Source: Acidobacteriota bacterium
GTDB taxonomy: Bacteria; Acidobacteriota; UBA890; WLXD01
DNA: 64,000 bases
Assembly (NCBI GenBank): GCA_965248695.1
Contig: CBDFKD010000001.1
Span: 32,001-96,000 of the forward strand
Direction: 5' to 3'
Shown: piece by piece, positions 28,296 through 39,366 of the stretch
Layout: each line of letters begins with the position of its first letter
Numbering within the stretch: the first letter of the stretch is position 1
Program-made: the position numbers and the translations under genes
The notes under the pieces: model-generated
What the model was told of the DNA's origin: nothing
The model's input: the letters and a program-made list of their open reading frames with translations, nothing else
The model's database searches: none

Positions 28296-29207
28296 GTGAA
28301 CCTGCAGCACTACGTCGTGCTCTGCTCCGAGGAGGCCGCTCGCGGTCTGTGGTTCCACCGCAACTTGGTGGCGCCCGCCCTCGTGGTGATGATTGTCTCG
28401 CTGACGGTGTTGGGTGCGTTCGTGTTGGTGTCGGAGAACCTCAACGACGTGTTGACGACCTGGCGTGAGCGCGGCCAGCTGCAGGTGTTCCTGCAGCCCC
28501 AGTTGGCCGACGCGGATCGAGCCGGTATCGAGGCGGCGCTACGAGCCACACCGGCAGTCGAGGAGTTCCGATATATCAGCTCGGACGCTGCGGCCGAGCT
28601 GTTCCGTGCCGACTCCGCCGAGCTCGGGGAAGTCCTCGGCTTGCTGGAGGACAATCCGTTGCCGGCGTCCTACACCGTCACCATAGCGCCGGCGATGCGC
28701 AGCCAGCGGGTGCTGCAAGGACTCTCCGCTCAGCTCACCGAGCTGCCGGCGGTGGAAGGCGTGCAGTATGACCTGCAGATCATCGGTCGTCTCGAGCTTG
28801 GTGTTCGCGCGCTGCGGTTCATCGGAGTGCTGCTCGGCGGCACGGTCCTGATGGCAGCAGTAGTAACGACAGCGAACGTGATTCGCGTCCTCGTGTTCAC
28901 CCGGCGGCGAGAGATCGAGACGATGCGCTTGGTGGGTGCCTCGGAGTCGATCGTCGTCGGTCGCTTCCTCGCCGAGGGTGCGTTGCAAGGCCTGATCGCC
29001 GGCGTCGTCTCGGTTCTGCTCCTGTACATTGTCTACAGCGTCGGGTTGGCGTACCTGGACCGCGAGGCACTGGGTTTCCTCGCCGCGCTGCCACTCCGCT
29101 TCCTCGGTGTTGCATGGATCTTGACGCTCGTGGTCGGCGGCGCCGCGACCGGCGTCGCAGGTTCGTGGCTGGCCTTCGGTCCGGGCGGCGTGCGGTCGGA
29201 GGTTTGA
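28296..29207 (+). CDS. ftsX: Cell division permease FtsX
   Basis: DNPLPASY, RRREIETMRLVGAS, FLAEG, 1+3 TM layout. Confidence 0.9.
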   Translation: MNLQHYVVLCSEEAARGLWFHRNLVAPALVVMIVSLTVLGAFVLVSENLNDVLTTWRERGQLQVFLQPQLADADRAGIEAALRATPAVEEFRYISSDAAAELFRADSAELGEVLGLLEDNPLPASYTVTIAPAMRSQRVLQGLSAQLTELPAVEGVQYDLQIIGRLELGVRALRFIGVLLGGTVLMAAVVTTANVIRVLVFTRRREIETMRLVGASESIVVGRFLAEGALQGLIAGVVSVLLLYIVYSVGLAYLDREALGFLAALPLRFLGVAWILTLVVGGAATGVAGSWLAFGPGGVRSEV

Positions 29208-29213
29208 GGCGTC

Positions 29214-31631
29214 ATGACGTCGACCTGCAGAGTCACCGGGGACTCGCGTCGGGTCCTGGACCTCGATCTGGTGCTCGACCAGGTGGCCGGCAACGCCCAG
29301 TCGAGCCTCGGCGGGTCGCGTGTGCGGGCCGTGCTGCCGGCCACCGAGCTCGACGAGGCCGAGCGTAGGCACGACGCGGTACAACAGGCGCGGGAGTTCG
29401 CTGCTGCCCACGGCCTCGTGGCGCTCGGCGCCGCGGTGCCGATCGATCGTGAGCTCGCGGCGGTGGCGACCTCCGGAGTCGTGCTGGAACCGAAGGCACT
29501 GCAGCAGGTGGCCGCCACGGCGCGCGTCTGCAACGAGTTGCGTCGGCGCTACCTCGTCGATCCCGACCGCTGGCCGGCGCTGGCGGCGCTCGTGCGGGAG
29601 GCACCGTCGCTCCGTCCGCTGTGCGACCAGATTGACCAGGTGGTCGATCAGGAAGGACAGATCCGCGACGATGCCTCACCGGAGCTGCAACGCATCCGGC
29701 GGCGAGCGCAGCGACTGCGCGCCGGATTGCGTACGCGGCTCGAGAAGATTGCCCGCGATCCGGACCTTGGCGAAGTTCTTCAGGACGCGCTGGTCACCGA
29801 GCGCGGCGGCCGCATGGTGGTACCGGTGCGCTCTGGCCAGCGCGACCGGATGCCCGGTGTCGTACACGACGCCTCGTCGTCGGGCCAGACGATCTTCGTG
29901 GAGCCCCTGGAGCTTGTCGACGACCAGAACCGGGTGGCGGAGCTGGTAGCCGCCGAGCGCGACGAGATCCGGCGGCTGCTGGCCGAGGCCAGCGCTCACG
30001 TCGGGGCGGCACGCGACGCGCTGGCGCTGGCGCAGTCAACCGTGGCCGATGCCGATGCTCTGCAGGCAACCGCCCGGTATGCCGAGGCCGAGGAGGCAGT
30101 GCGACCTCAGTGGGTCGCCGACGGTCTGAGGCTGCGTGGGGCGCGACACCCGTTGCTCGCATCGGAGAGCGTTGTTCCACTGGATCTGGAGGTGCCGTCA
30201 GGAGTGGGCGCGCTGATCATCACGGGGCCCAATACCGGCGGCAAGACCGTCGCTCTGAAGACCGTCGGCCTGCTGGCAGCGATGGCGCAGAGCGGCATCC
30301 CGGTGCCCGCCGCCGAGGCGCGGTTGCCGCTCTTCCCGCGCATCCATGCCGACATCGGTGACGAGCAAAGCGTTACCGCCAACCTCTCGACGTTCTCCGG
30401 CCATCTGCGCCACATCGTCGATTTCCTGAGCGATTGTCCGGCCGGAGCCCTTGTGCTCCTGGACGAGCTCGGCACCGGCACCGATCCGGCAGAGGGCGCC
30501 GCGCTCGGCATCGCGCTGGTCGAGCGCTTTCTCCAGGGTGGCGCCGTCGTCGTCGTGTCGACGCACCACGACGCGCTCAAGTCGTTCGCTCATCGGCGTG
30601 CCGACGTGCTGAACGCCGCGATGGAGTTCAACGTCGAGACCCTGGCGCCGACCTATCGCGTCCGGCTCGGTAGGCCCGGACGCAGCAACGCGCTGCAGAT
30701 CGCAGCGCGCCATGGGGTCGACGAGACCCTCATCGGGCGGGCCAGGGAGCTGCTCGCGTCCGACACGGTCCAGCTGGATGCTGTTATCCGTGATCTCGAG
30801 GCGGACACGCGCGCTATTGAGCTCGAGCGCGCCGAGCTCGCCGGCCAGCAAGCTCAGCTGGATGCGGAGCGCGAGCAGCTCGAACGCCTCGATCGCGAGC
30901 GCGTCGAGGCGCAGCAGGCTCACGAGCGCCACGCCGACGATGCGGTGAAGCGCGTAGTCGAGGATCTCCGCCGCCGTGGTGAAGAGAAGTTGGCGGAGCT
31001 CGAGTCCCAGACCGACTCCGGCTCGGAGCTCGCCCGTGCCGACCGCAAGGCGCGCTGGTCGGCCAGCGCCGGGCAGCTGCGCTCCGAAGCGCAGCGCGAG
31101 GTGCGCGAGACGGTGCGCGGGCGGAAGTCAGCTGGCCAGCCCCCATCGACCGCCTCGGAGTCGGATCTCGGGGAGCTCGGACGCGGCGAGTCGGTGCTGG
31201 TTGCGCCGTTTGGCCTCAGTGGCTCGGTTCTTCGGGATTGGGCGCCGGAGTCCGACGACGCGGCGGCGGTCGAAGTGGGCGTGGACGGTAAGCGGCTGGT
31301 GGTGCGCCGGGACCAGGTCGCGCGGGATACCACGGGTCGGAGCAAGCGCCGGTCACAGTCGGCGGCGTACCATCGCCGTCCGGATGTCGGCTGGGAGATC
31401 GATTTGCACGGAAAGCGAGTGGAGGAGGCGATCGCCGATGTCGAGCGCTACCTCGACGACGCGGTGCTGGCGGGGTTGCCCGAGGTGCGTTTGATCCACG
31501 GGTTCGGCACGCTGCGGCTGCGGGATGCCATCCATCGCTATCTCGGCAAGCGTCCCGACGTCGTGCGCTTTGCCACCGCCGATCCGATGAGCGGCGGGGG
31601 TGGGGCGACGATCGTACGGTTGGAAGACTGA
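29214..31631 (+). CDS. mutS2: Endonuclease MutS2
   Basis: HDASSSGQT, ITGPNTGGKT, DIGDEQS, DELGTGTDP, Smr DLHG...IHGFGT. Confidence 0.95.
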   Translation: MTSTCRVTGDSRRVLDLDLVLDQVAGNAQSSLGGSRVRAVLPATELDEAERRHDAVQQAREFAAAHGLVALGAAVPIDRELAAVATSGVVLEPKALQQVAATARVCNELRRRYLVDPDRWPALAALVREAPSLRPLCDQIDQVVDQEGQIRDDASPELQRIRRRAQRLRAGLRTRLEKIARDPDLGEVLQDALVTERGGRMVVPVRSGQRDRMPGVVHDASSSGQTIFVEPLELVDDQNRVAELVAAERDEIRRLLAEASAHVGAARDALALAQSTVADADALQATARYAEAEEAVRPQWVADGLRLRGARHPLLASESVVPLDLEVPSGVGALIITGPNTGGKTVALKTVGLLAAMAQSGIPVPAAEARLPLFPRIHADIGDEQSVTANLSTFSGHLRHIVDFLSDCPAGALVLLDELGTGTDPAEGAALGIALVERFLQGGAVVVVSTHHDALKSFAHRRADVLNAAMEFNVETLAPTYRVRLGRPGRSNALQIAARHGVDETLIGRARELLASDTVQLDAVIRDLEADTRAIELERAELAGQQAQLDAEREQLERLDRERVEAQQAHERHADDAVKRVVEDLRRRGEEKLAELESQTDSGSELARADRKARWSASAGQLRSEAQREVRETVRGRKSAGQPPSTASESDLGELGRGESVLVAPFGLSGSVLRDWAPESDDAAAVEVGVDGKRLVVRRDQVARDTTGRSKRRSQSAAYHRRPDVGWEIDLHGKRVEEAIADVERYLDDAVLAGLPEVRLIHGFGTLRLRDAIHRYLGKRPDVVRFATADPMSGGGGATIVRLED

Positions 31632-31633
31632 AG

Positions 31634-33433
31634 ATGGCCTGGCCGCGTTCCTTCATCGACGAGGTGAAGCGTTCCGCCGACCCAGTGCAGCTCATCGGCG
31701 AAGTGGTGGCGCTGAAGAAGCGCGGTACCCGCTGGGTCGGGCTGTGCCCCTTCCACCAGGAAAAGACGCCGTCGTTCACGGTCAACGACGAGGGGTTGTG
31801 GCACTGCTTCGGCTGCAGCGAGGGCGGCGATCTGTTCAAGTTCGTCCAGCAGCACGAGGGCATCGACTTCGCCGAAGCGGTGCGCAGCCTGGCGGAGCTG
31901 GGTGGTGTGGCGATCCCGGAGTCGAGTCGCGGGCCCCGTCAGCAGGGGCCGCAGATCGATCGGGAGCGGATCCTGCAGGCACTTCGCGCGGCGGCCGAGT
32001 TCTACGTCGCCGAGCTTCAGGGTCAGCGCGGAACGGGGGCCCGCACCTACCTCAGCGAGCGGGGCTTCGACGAGGCCGTTACTGCCGGGTTCGGGCTCGG
32101 CTACGCCCCCGGCGGGTGGGGCACGCTCCAAGGTGTGCTGGAGAAGCGTGGCTTCACGATCGCCGAGCTGGAGTCCGCCGGTCTGGTACGCAAGCGCGCC
32201 GACGGCAGCGGCGTATACGACCTGTTGCGCGATCGCGTCGTGTTTCCGATTCGCGATAGCCGCGGCCGGCCAATCGCCTTCAGTGGCCGTGTGCTGGGGG
32301 AGGGTGAGCCCAAATATCTCAACTCGCCGGAGACCCCTGTATTCAACAAGAGCCGCACGCTCTACGGCCTGCGCGAGGCCCGAGAGGGGATCCGCAACAC
32401 GGGGTTCGTCATGCTCGTCGAGGGACAGCTCGACTTGCTGGCGTGTGTGCAACACGGGTTCGCCAACGTCGTCGCTCCACTCGGCACCGCGTTTACTCAC
32501 GAGCATGCGCGCGCGCTTTCGTCGCATACCGGAAAAGCGGTCATCGCCTTTGACGGCGACAACGCCGGTCGAGCGGCGGCCGAGCGCACCGTGGCGATCT
32601 TCCTGCCGGCCGGTTTTCAGGTCACCGTCGTGCAGCTGCCGAGTGGGCAGGATCCGGACTCGTTCCTCGGTGAAACGGGGGCCGACGGTTTGTCGGAGGC
32701 ATTGCGGCGATCGCTGCCGGCGCTCAGCTTCCTGGTGGCGCGGGCGGGCGAGCGCGGTGATCTGCGCAGCCCGCAGGGCAAGGCGCAGGCGCTGGCGTCG
32801 TTGCTCGGGTTCGTTCTCGAGGTGGAGGATCGCGTCGAGCGCGCCGAGTGGATCGGACGCATTGGTGACTCGCTGGAGATCTCGCGCCATCTCGTCGAAC
32901 GCAGCTTTGCAGAGCTCCGCCAGCGTTCGCGGCGGCGGGCCGGCGGGCCACCGGCGGGCTCGCCGCCAGAGCCGTCCGCCGCGGCGCGACTTGGCGAGGT
33001 GCCGGTGGCTGAGCGCGATCTGGCTCGCGCCCTGCTGCGTCATCCGGAATGGTTGCCGCAGCTGCAGAAGATCTATGCAGGAGGAATTACCGACCCGCGC
33101 GTGGAGGCCTTGCTGGAAGCGCTGTCGGGGTCTGAAACCTTGCCCGAGCGTGTCGAGGAGCTGCTCGATGGCTGCGACGTCGAGGGAGCCGCTCAGCTGC
33201 TGACCCGGCTGGTGCTCGAGGAGGCAGAGGATCCGGTGCGGGAGTATGCGCTGAGCTGTGCAGAGGCGCTTCGACGGGGAGCGCTGGAACGAGAAAAGCG
33301 CAGCTTGCAGAAACAGATCGAGGGGCTACCTCAATCCTCGGTCGGCGAGATCGATGCGCTCCACAGCCGCAAGATGCTGGTCGCTCGAGAGCTCGAATCG
33401 TTGCGACCGACCAAGACGGATCTGCATGACTGA
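31634..33433 (+). CDS. dnaG: DNA primase
   Basis: CPFHQEKTPSF...CFGC zinc finger, KYLNSPET, VEGQLD, FDGDNAG, DPD. Confidence 0.97.
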   Translation: MAWPRSFIDEVKRSADPVQLIGEVVALKKRGTRWVGLCPFHQEKTPSFTVNDEGLWHCFGCSEGGDLFKFVQQHEGIDFAEAVRSLAELGGVAIPESSRGPRQQGPQIDRERILQALRAAAEFYVAELQGQRGTGARTYLSERGFDEAVTAGFGLGYAPGGWGTLQGVLEKRGFTIAELESAGLVRKRADGSGVYDLLRDRVVFPIRDSRGRPIAFSGRVLGEGEPKYLNSPETPVFNKSRTLYGLREAREGIRNTGFVMLVEGQLDLLACVQHGFANVVAPLGTAFTHEHARALSSHTGKAVIAFDGDNAGRAAAERTVAIFLPAGFQVTVVQLPSGQDPDSFLGETGADGLSEALRRSLPALSFLVARAGERGDLRSPQGKAQALASLLGFVLEVEDRVERAEWIGRIGDSLEISRHLVERSFAELRQRSRRRAGGPPAGSPPEPSAAARLGEVPVAERDLARALLRHPEWLPQLQKIYAGGITDPRVEALLEALSGSETLPERVEELLDGCDVEGAAQLLTRLVLEEAEDPVREYALSCAEALRRGALEREKRSLQKQIEGLPQSSVGEIDALHSRKMLVARELESLRPTKTDLHD

Positions 33434-33475
33434 GCGCAGCCGGCGCGGCCTCCTGGCGCGCCCCGGCGCATGCGG

Positions 33476-34879
33476 CTAGGCGGCTGTCCCGGAGCGCCCG
33501 CTCAACGCTCGGCCAACTCCATACACCAGGATGCCGGCGAGCATGCCTGGCAGGATCTCGTAGACCGAGTCGGGATCGCCGAACGATCGCCACAGCAGCA
33601 TGACAGCGAGAGACACGGACATCATGGTGATTCCGAGCTTGCTGCTGACGGGTTTGCCGAGCGCACGCAGAGCGAGCAGTGGGCCGAGCGTGCCGCCAAG
33701 GGCCGACCACGACAGCACGACGAGATCGAAGACGCTCTGGCCGCCGGAGAACACGAACAATACCACTGCCGCGGTGACGGCCAGCGTACCGAGCTTTGCC
33801 CGCGCATAAGAGCTTTCCCCGGGTACGAGATCTTGCGTCAACGCCGCCGAGCAGGCGAGGATGAGCGAGTCCGCCGTCGAGATCGTCGCCGCGAACACGC
33901 CGGCAAGGATGAACCCCACCAGGACGTCGGGAAGCAACAGCTGGGAGAGTGCCGGTAGGCCGAGCTCCGGATCGAACTCCGCCACGACCGGCAGCAGCAC
34001 GCGGGCTGCCAGGCCGACGGTGATCGCGGCGCCGGCGAACAGACTGTAGTAGGTGATGTAGATGCGTCGTGACAGGGCGATGTGATCGGTGTTGTCGATC
34101 GTCATCGGCCGGATCATGACGTGTGGCTGGCCTAGAACGCCAATGCCGGCCGCTACCCAGCTGCCGAGATACAACGCGAAGCCGTATCGCAGATTGGCCG
34201 GCCTCCAGTCGATCAGCGAGGGATCGATGGCCTCGAGTTGGCTCCACATGATGCGGAAGCCGCCGATCTCCCCAACGGCCACCGCCATCAGCAAGAACAT
34301 CGCCAGGAACATCACCGAGGCCTGCGCGGTGTCCGTCCAGATGGACGCTCGGATGCCACCGGCGAAGCAGTACGCCACGACGATGCCGGCGCCCAGCAAG
34401 ACCCCGACGCTGTAGTCCCAACCGAAGAGCACCGACAGCGCCTTGCTCCCGGCGGTCAACTGCGCTCCGGCATAGGTGCCGAGGAAAATCATGCTGGCAG
34501 CAGCGGCGACACGGATAATGCCCTGTTGCTCCTCGCCGTCCGCCGACGTGCCCAGGAACCGGGTGACGCTGTTGGCCCCAACGCGCTCGCTGCGCTCCCT
34601 CAGCGGCTCATGGATCCAGTGCCAAGCCAGATAGTCGCCGAACACCCAGCCCACCATGATCCACATCGACGACAAGCCGATGGCATAGGTTGATCCGATC
34701 AGGCCGATGAACATGAAGCCGCTGTTGGCGGTGGAGACGGCGGACAGGGCCACCGGCCACGGACCGACCTGTCGACCAGCCAGCAAGTAATCGTCGGTCG
34801 TCTTCTGTCGACGCGTCGACGAATAGATGCCGATCCCCAGAAACACCAGCAGGAAGAACAGAAAGCTCGTGGCGATCAC
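33476..34879 (-). CDS. putP: Sodium/proline symporter (SSS family)
   Basis: DYLLAGR, GGIRASIWTD, LGQPH, AATISTADS; many TM helices. Confidence 0.85.
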   Translation of the reverse strand: MIATSFLFFLLVFLGIGIYSSTRRQKTTDDYLLAGRQVGPWPVALSAVSTANSGFMFIGLIGSTYAIGLSSMWIMVGWVFGDYLAWHWIHEPLRERSERVGANSVTRFLGTSADGEEQQGIIRVAAAASMIFLGTYAGAQLTAGSKALSVLFGWDYSVGVLLGAGIVVAYCFAGGIRASIWTDTAQASVMFLAMFLLMAVAVGEIGGFRIMWSQLEAIDPSLIDWRPANLRYGFALYLGSWVAAGIGVLGQPHVMIRPMTIDNTDHIALSRRIYITYYSLFAGAAITVGLAARVLLPVVAEFDPELGLPALSQLLLPDVLVGFILAGVFAATISTADSLILACSAALTQDLVPGESSYARAKLGTLAVTAAVVLFVFSGGQSVFDLVVLSWSALGGTLGPLLALRALGKPVSSKLGITMMSVSLAVMLLWRSFGDPDSVYEILPGMLAGILVYGVGRALSGRSGTAA

Positions 34880-35020
34880 AGGGCGTGTCTCTCCTCGGTC
34901 AGGGCTCGGCCGCCGGAAGATACCTGGGCGCGATCTGGTTTTCCAGTGTGTGGCCCGAAACCGGGTCCCGGATAGAATGCACCGGAGACGCTGGGGCCCT
35001 CAGGCCAGCGCGTCTTGGCA

Positions 35021-35094
35021 GGGCCCTTAGCTCAGTTGGTCAGAGCCGCCGGCTCATAACCGGTAGGTCCCAGGTTCGAGTCCTGGAGGGCCCA
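35021..35094 (+). tRNA. tRNA with CAT anticodon, probably tRNA-Ile2 (lysidine)
   Basis: GGGCCCT-TA-GCTC...GAGC, GCCGG-CT-CAT-AA-CCGGT, GGTTCGAGTCC; no initiator features; C4/C5 acceptor like E. coli ileX. Confidence 0.93.
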
Positions 35095-35159
35095 CTACTA
35101 AACAGCACAATCAAAGTCACTTACGGCGAGCCGAGCGCTGGCCGTTCGTGCGTCTAGAC

Positions 35160-35837
35160 CTAGACGAGTCGCTCGCGCAGTGCCTTTGCTACCGCGCCGC
35201 TGCGCGAGTGTACGTGTAGCTTGTCGTAGATTCGGCGTATATGCGCGTCGACGGTGTGGTAGCTGACGTCCAAGAGGTCGGCGATTCCCTGCATTGTCGG
35301 GCCGTCTACGAGGAGATCGAGAATCTCACGCTCACGCGGTGTCAGACCGTACTCGTCGGAGGCGCGGCGCAACCGCGCGAAGGTATCCAGAAGCTTGCGC
35401 GCGATGAACGTATTGATCGGTGCGCCACCGGCGGCCACCTCGTGCAGTGCACCTACAATCTGCTCGGGTGACGAGCCTTTGAGCAGATACCCGGATGCGC
35501 CGGCGAGGATCGCCTCGTAGACGACGTCGCGCTCGTCGTGAACCGTCAGCATGAGAATGCGCGAGGCCGGAGACTCGGCCGCCATGCGACCGCACCCCTC
35601 GATGCCGCTCATTCCGGGAAGGCCGATGTCCATGAGCACGATGTTCGGTGTGTTGCCCGTGCGTAGCTCCGCCAGGGCTGCCTCGCAATTGGAGACAGCC
35701 AATCCGCAGTTGAACTCGGGCTCACCGCGCAACAGCTCGACGATCGTCGTCCGGAACAGATCATTGTCTTCGATCAGCCAGACGACCAGTGGTGATTCGG
35801 CGTGCGGACGGGTGTGCTTGTCGGCGAGCGGCTGCAT
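35160..35837 (-). CDS. NarL/LuxR-family response regulator
   Basis: LIEDN, LMDIGLPG, GASGYLLK, LTPREREIL, HIRRIYDKL; start uncertain (35837 or 35864). Confidence 0.92.
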   Translation of the reverse strand: MQPLADKHTRPHAESPLVVWLIEDNDLFRTTIVELLRGEPEFNCGLAVSNCEAALAELRTGNTPNIVLMDIGLPGMSGIEGCGRMAAESPASRILMLTVHDERDVVYEAILAGASGYLLKGSSPEQIVGALHEVAAGGAPINTFIARKLLDTFARLRRASDEYGLTPREREILDLLVDGPTMQGIADLLDVSYHTVDAHIRRIYDKLHVHSRSGAVAKALRERLV

Positions 35838-36009
35838 GTGAGTTTTCTCTGCGGATAGCTGCATGAGATAGAGCGTATCGCAGCACAGAGGTCGGGCCGT
35901 CACGAGGATTCGGGAGGTGACGATATTGACGACGGTGCCCCCGACGACGTAATCCATCGGGTATGCGAGGTCCAAAGCAAACCTGTCGCGTCACTCGGCG
36001 GACGTATCG

Positions 36010-39000
36010 ATGCCGGTAGCGCAGCGGCGCAAGCTCGGCCGGGTACTGTGCGCAACGATGGCGTCTTCGGTCTGGTTGACGCTGCAAGCGGGCACGGCGC
36101 TGGCACATCAGGTCCGGCTTCCGATCGTTGCCCAACCCGGCGAGCGCGTCGGATCGAGCGTGGCCCTGGACGATGGCAGGATCGTCGTAGCGGCGCCCGG
36201 GCGCGCCGGCGCGGGGCAGGAAGGCCGGGGTCGCGTGTTGATCCTGCGTCAGCGCGTGGATCGGTGGGTTGTCGCCAACACCCTGCGCGCAGCCGATGCC
36301 GGCTCGGTCACGCTGGGCGCGAAAGTGGCCATCGACGGCACCACGGTCGCGGTGGGCGACTTCGACTACTCGCGGCCCGTGCCGCAGGCCGGGATTGTCC
36401 GCCTTTTCGATACCGCCTCAGCCGGCGTGCCCCAGCAGACGCTGGCGGTCGAGGAGTCAGCGATCGCCACCCTGTTCGGCGGTTCGGTCGACGTGTCGGG
36501 AGACCTCCTGGTCGTCGGCGCGCCCGGAGCGCACGTCGACGGCCTTCGTAGCGGCGCCGCGTATGTATACCGCCGACGCGGCGCCGACTGGGAGCTCGTA
36601 CAACGCCTCACCTCCCCGCGCCCGGTCTTCAACGCCTTCTTCGGTGTGGTCCGGATCGTCGACGACCGGATTCTCGTTGGCTCGCGCAACGAGCCAGCCA
36701 GTGCAGCCGGGAGTGGTGCGGTGCTGGTTTTCGTCCGTCGGCCGGGCACGAGCCGCTGGGAGCTGAAACAGACACTCGTTGCGCCGGGCGCGCCGGCGGA
36801 TGCCACGTTCGGCGTGGTGCTCGCCGCTCGCGGCGATGCTCTGGCGGTAGGAGCGCGCGGGGCGAACGGAGCCTTCGTGAATCTTTTCGGATGGGATGGC
36901 GCCGCGTACCGGCATCAGCAGCGCGTCCGCATCGCGGGGCTGGCGCCGGAAGCAGGCTTCGGCACATCGCTTGCGCTGACCGATGAGTTTCTGCTCGTCG
37001 GGGCGCCCAACGACACGCGCACCGCGATCGCGAGTGGGGGGGTCTATGTCTTCCGGAGAGGATCTGCCCCCGACGAGCGCTATCGGCTAGCCGCTTTCCT
37101 CGGCTCGCCGTCGGGAGGCGCGGGCGACCAGTTCGGGGCCTCGCTCGCCGCTCGCGGCGAGCGCATGGTGGTCGGAGCGCCGGGCGCCGATGGGTCGGGG
37201 GCGGCATTCCTCTACGATCTGAAAGCCGTTGCCGACCCGCCTGCGTTGTTCGACCCGCTCGCTCCCAACGTGCTGCCGCGCGCAAGTGTGCGCGCCATGC
37301 TCCAGGACGAACTGGGGTTCCTCTGGCTGGGTGCCGACGATTCGCTGATCATCTACGACGGTTACGGGGCGCGTCGGTACACCTATGACGCAGCGGACCC
37401 CACGTCGCTTCCGGCGGGCCTGGTGTTGAGCATGCTCCGGGATCGATCGAATCGATACTGGATCGGAACCGAGCACGGTCTGGCGCGATTCGATCCGGTT
37501 GCGGAGATCTTCCAACGCTACCCGGTCCCCGCGGACGATCATCCGCGCACCTCGTTCGTGGCGCTCTTCCAGGATCGGTCGGGAGTTGTTTGGACAGGGA
37601 CCAACGGGCGGCTCTACCGGTATTTTCCGGAGGATGATCGCTTTGCCGCCGTGCTCCTCGGCGCGGACGAGCCACGAACGATCGACGAGGCGTACATCAG
37701 CGGCATCCAGGAAGACGCCGGGGGCCGGCTGTGGGTGCTCGCCAAAAGCCTGTGGGAGAACCGCGCCTCCCTTTATCGTCTCGGCCGCGACAGAACCGAT
37801 ACCGTGCGCTACCCGCTCGATCCCCGGTGGGGTCAGGTAGGCCCGTTCGCGATCGACTCGGCCGATCGCTTTTGGATCAAGGCACCCGGCCCCGCGGTCG
37901 TTCCCGACGTGCCCGGTGAGGCCATCGAACCGGCTGTCCGTCCCTCGGCGGAGGTTCACTGGACGTTTCACGAGGACCGACGTCAGGAACTGTGGATCGG
38001 CGTCGACCGCGGGTACTTTCATCGTTCCGTCGAAGCCGAGCTCACCGGGCCCTTGCGCCAAGCCGGCGCCGGAATCGCCGAGCTCAAAGTGCTGAGCTTC
38101 CTGACCACAGGTGATGGCAGCCTGCTCGCCGGTACGTCGGTAGGCGTGTACCGTCGGCTCCCCCTCGCCGGGACCCAGGGCCGCCAGCGCCAGGCTGGAC
38201 AGCACGCCGAGCCTGTCCCGGGCGCCGGCGCCGGGGTGCTCGGCGCGGCGCAGCCGGTCAGCGTCGTGCTTCGCGACGTCGAGATCTTCGGTCGTGATGG
38301 CCCCCGGAAGACACAGACCGAAGGGCTCGGGCGAGTGACGCTTCTTCCGGCTGACTTCCGCTTGACAGTCGAGTACTCGGCGCCTGCGTTCACCGACCCG
38401 GACAGAACCCGCTATCGGTACCGCTTGCGGGACTACGACCGCACCTGGGTCGACGCAGGCGATCGGCCGTTTGCCCTCTATGCGAACGTTCCTCCCGGGG
38501 AATACGCATTCGAAGCGCGGGCGACGGTCGTGGACGGGCGCGGCGAGGTGGTCGAAGCGCTTCCCCTCTTGCTCGATGTGCAGGTTGTTGCACCCTTTTG
38601 GCAGCGCGGCTGGTTTCGGGCGCTCCTGGGGCTGGCGGTAGCGGGAGTGTTGGCGGTGGGGCTGCAGCTGCGGCGCCGCCAGCGACGCTACGTCGCCGGG
38701 ATACGCCGCCAGATCGCGGCCGATCTACACGATGATCTGAGCACCAACCTCAGCGGCATCGCGCTCGCCAGCCGTATGTTGGCGCGTAACCAGGCTCTCG
38801 AAGAACCCGAACGCGATGCGTTGGGACGCATCGTCAACGCCGCCGACGAGATGGCGGGAGATCTGCGGGACATCGTCTGGCTCGTCGATCCTGGACGCGA
38901 CACCGCCGACGACGTAGCCGACAAGATGCGGGATGTCGCCGCGGCTCTCCTCGGCACTATTCCTTTCGAGCTCGATCGACGGTGATGCCTTGGCGCGGGT

Positions 39001-39298
39001 GGACATGACGCGCCGCCGCCAGGTGCTGCTGATGTTCAAGGAGATGCTGCACAACATCGTGCGGCATGCCCACGCCAAGAGGGTCGAGATTCGACTGCGG
39101 GACGAAGGCGGCAAGCTGCGGCTCACCGTCGAGGATGACGGAGTGGGGTTCCGGCCGGCCGAGGTCGCTGCGGGACATGGGCTGGGCAACATGAAAGCTC
39201 GGGCGCGGGGGCTCGGCGCAACGCTTCAGCTCGCCTCCGAGCCAGGGCGCGGAACGCGGGTCGATGTCGTGTTCGATGCGAGGCCGCCGCTCGTCTGA
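36010..39298 (+). pseudogene. Sensor histidine kinase (FG-GAP propeller, regulator propeller, Y_Y_Y, TM, HisKA_3, HATPase_c) split by a frameshift near 38975
   Basis: Seven FG...VGAPG repeats, LQDELGFLWLG repeats, YRYRLRDYD...VPPGEY, IAADLHDD in 36010-38985; KEMLHNIVRH, DDGVGF, GLGNM in the shifted frame to 39298; may be a sequencing error. Confidence 0.85.
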
Positions 39299-39366
39299 CC
39301 TCGCCCGTCGTCCTCCACCGACGCGGCAAGGCGTTGCTGCGCAGGCAACCTCGCCCGGCGAGTGCC

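Noticed and set aside
35021-35094. Initiator tRNA-fMet assignment
   Set aside because: G1-C72 is paired and the anticodon stem lacks the three consecutive G-C pairs; elongator Met cannot be fully excluded
35151-35166. CGTCTAG-AC-CTAGACG palindrome with two CTAGs at the regulator stop
   Set aside because: Could be an excision footprint but is too short to separate from chance
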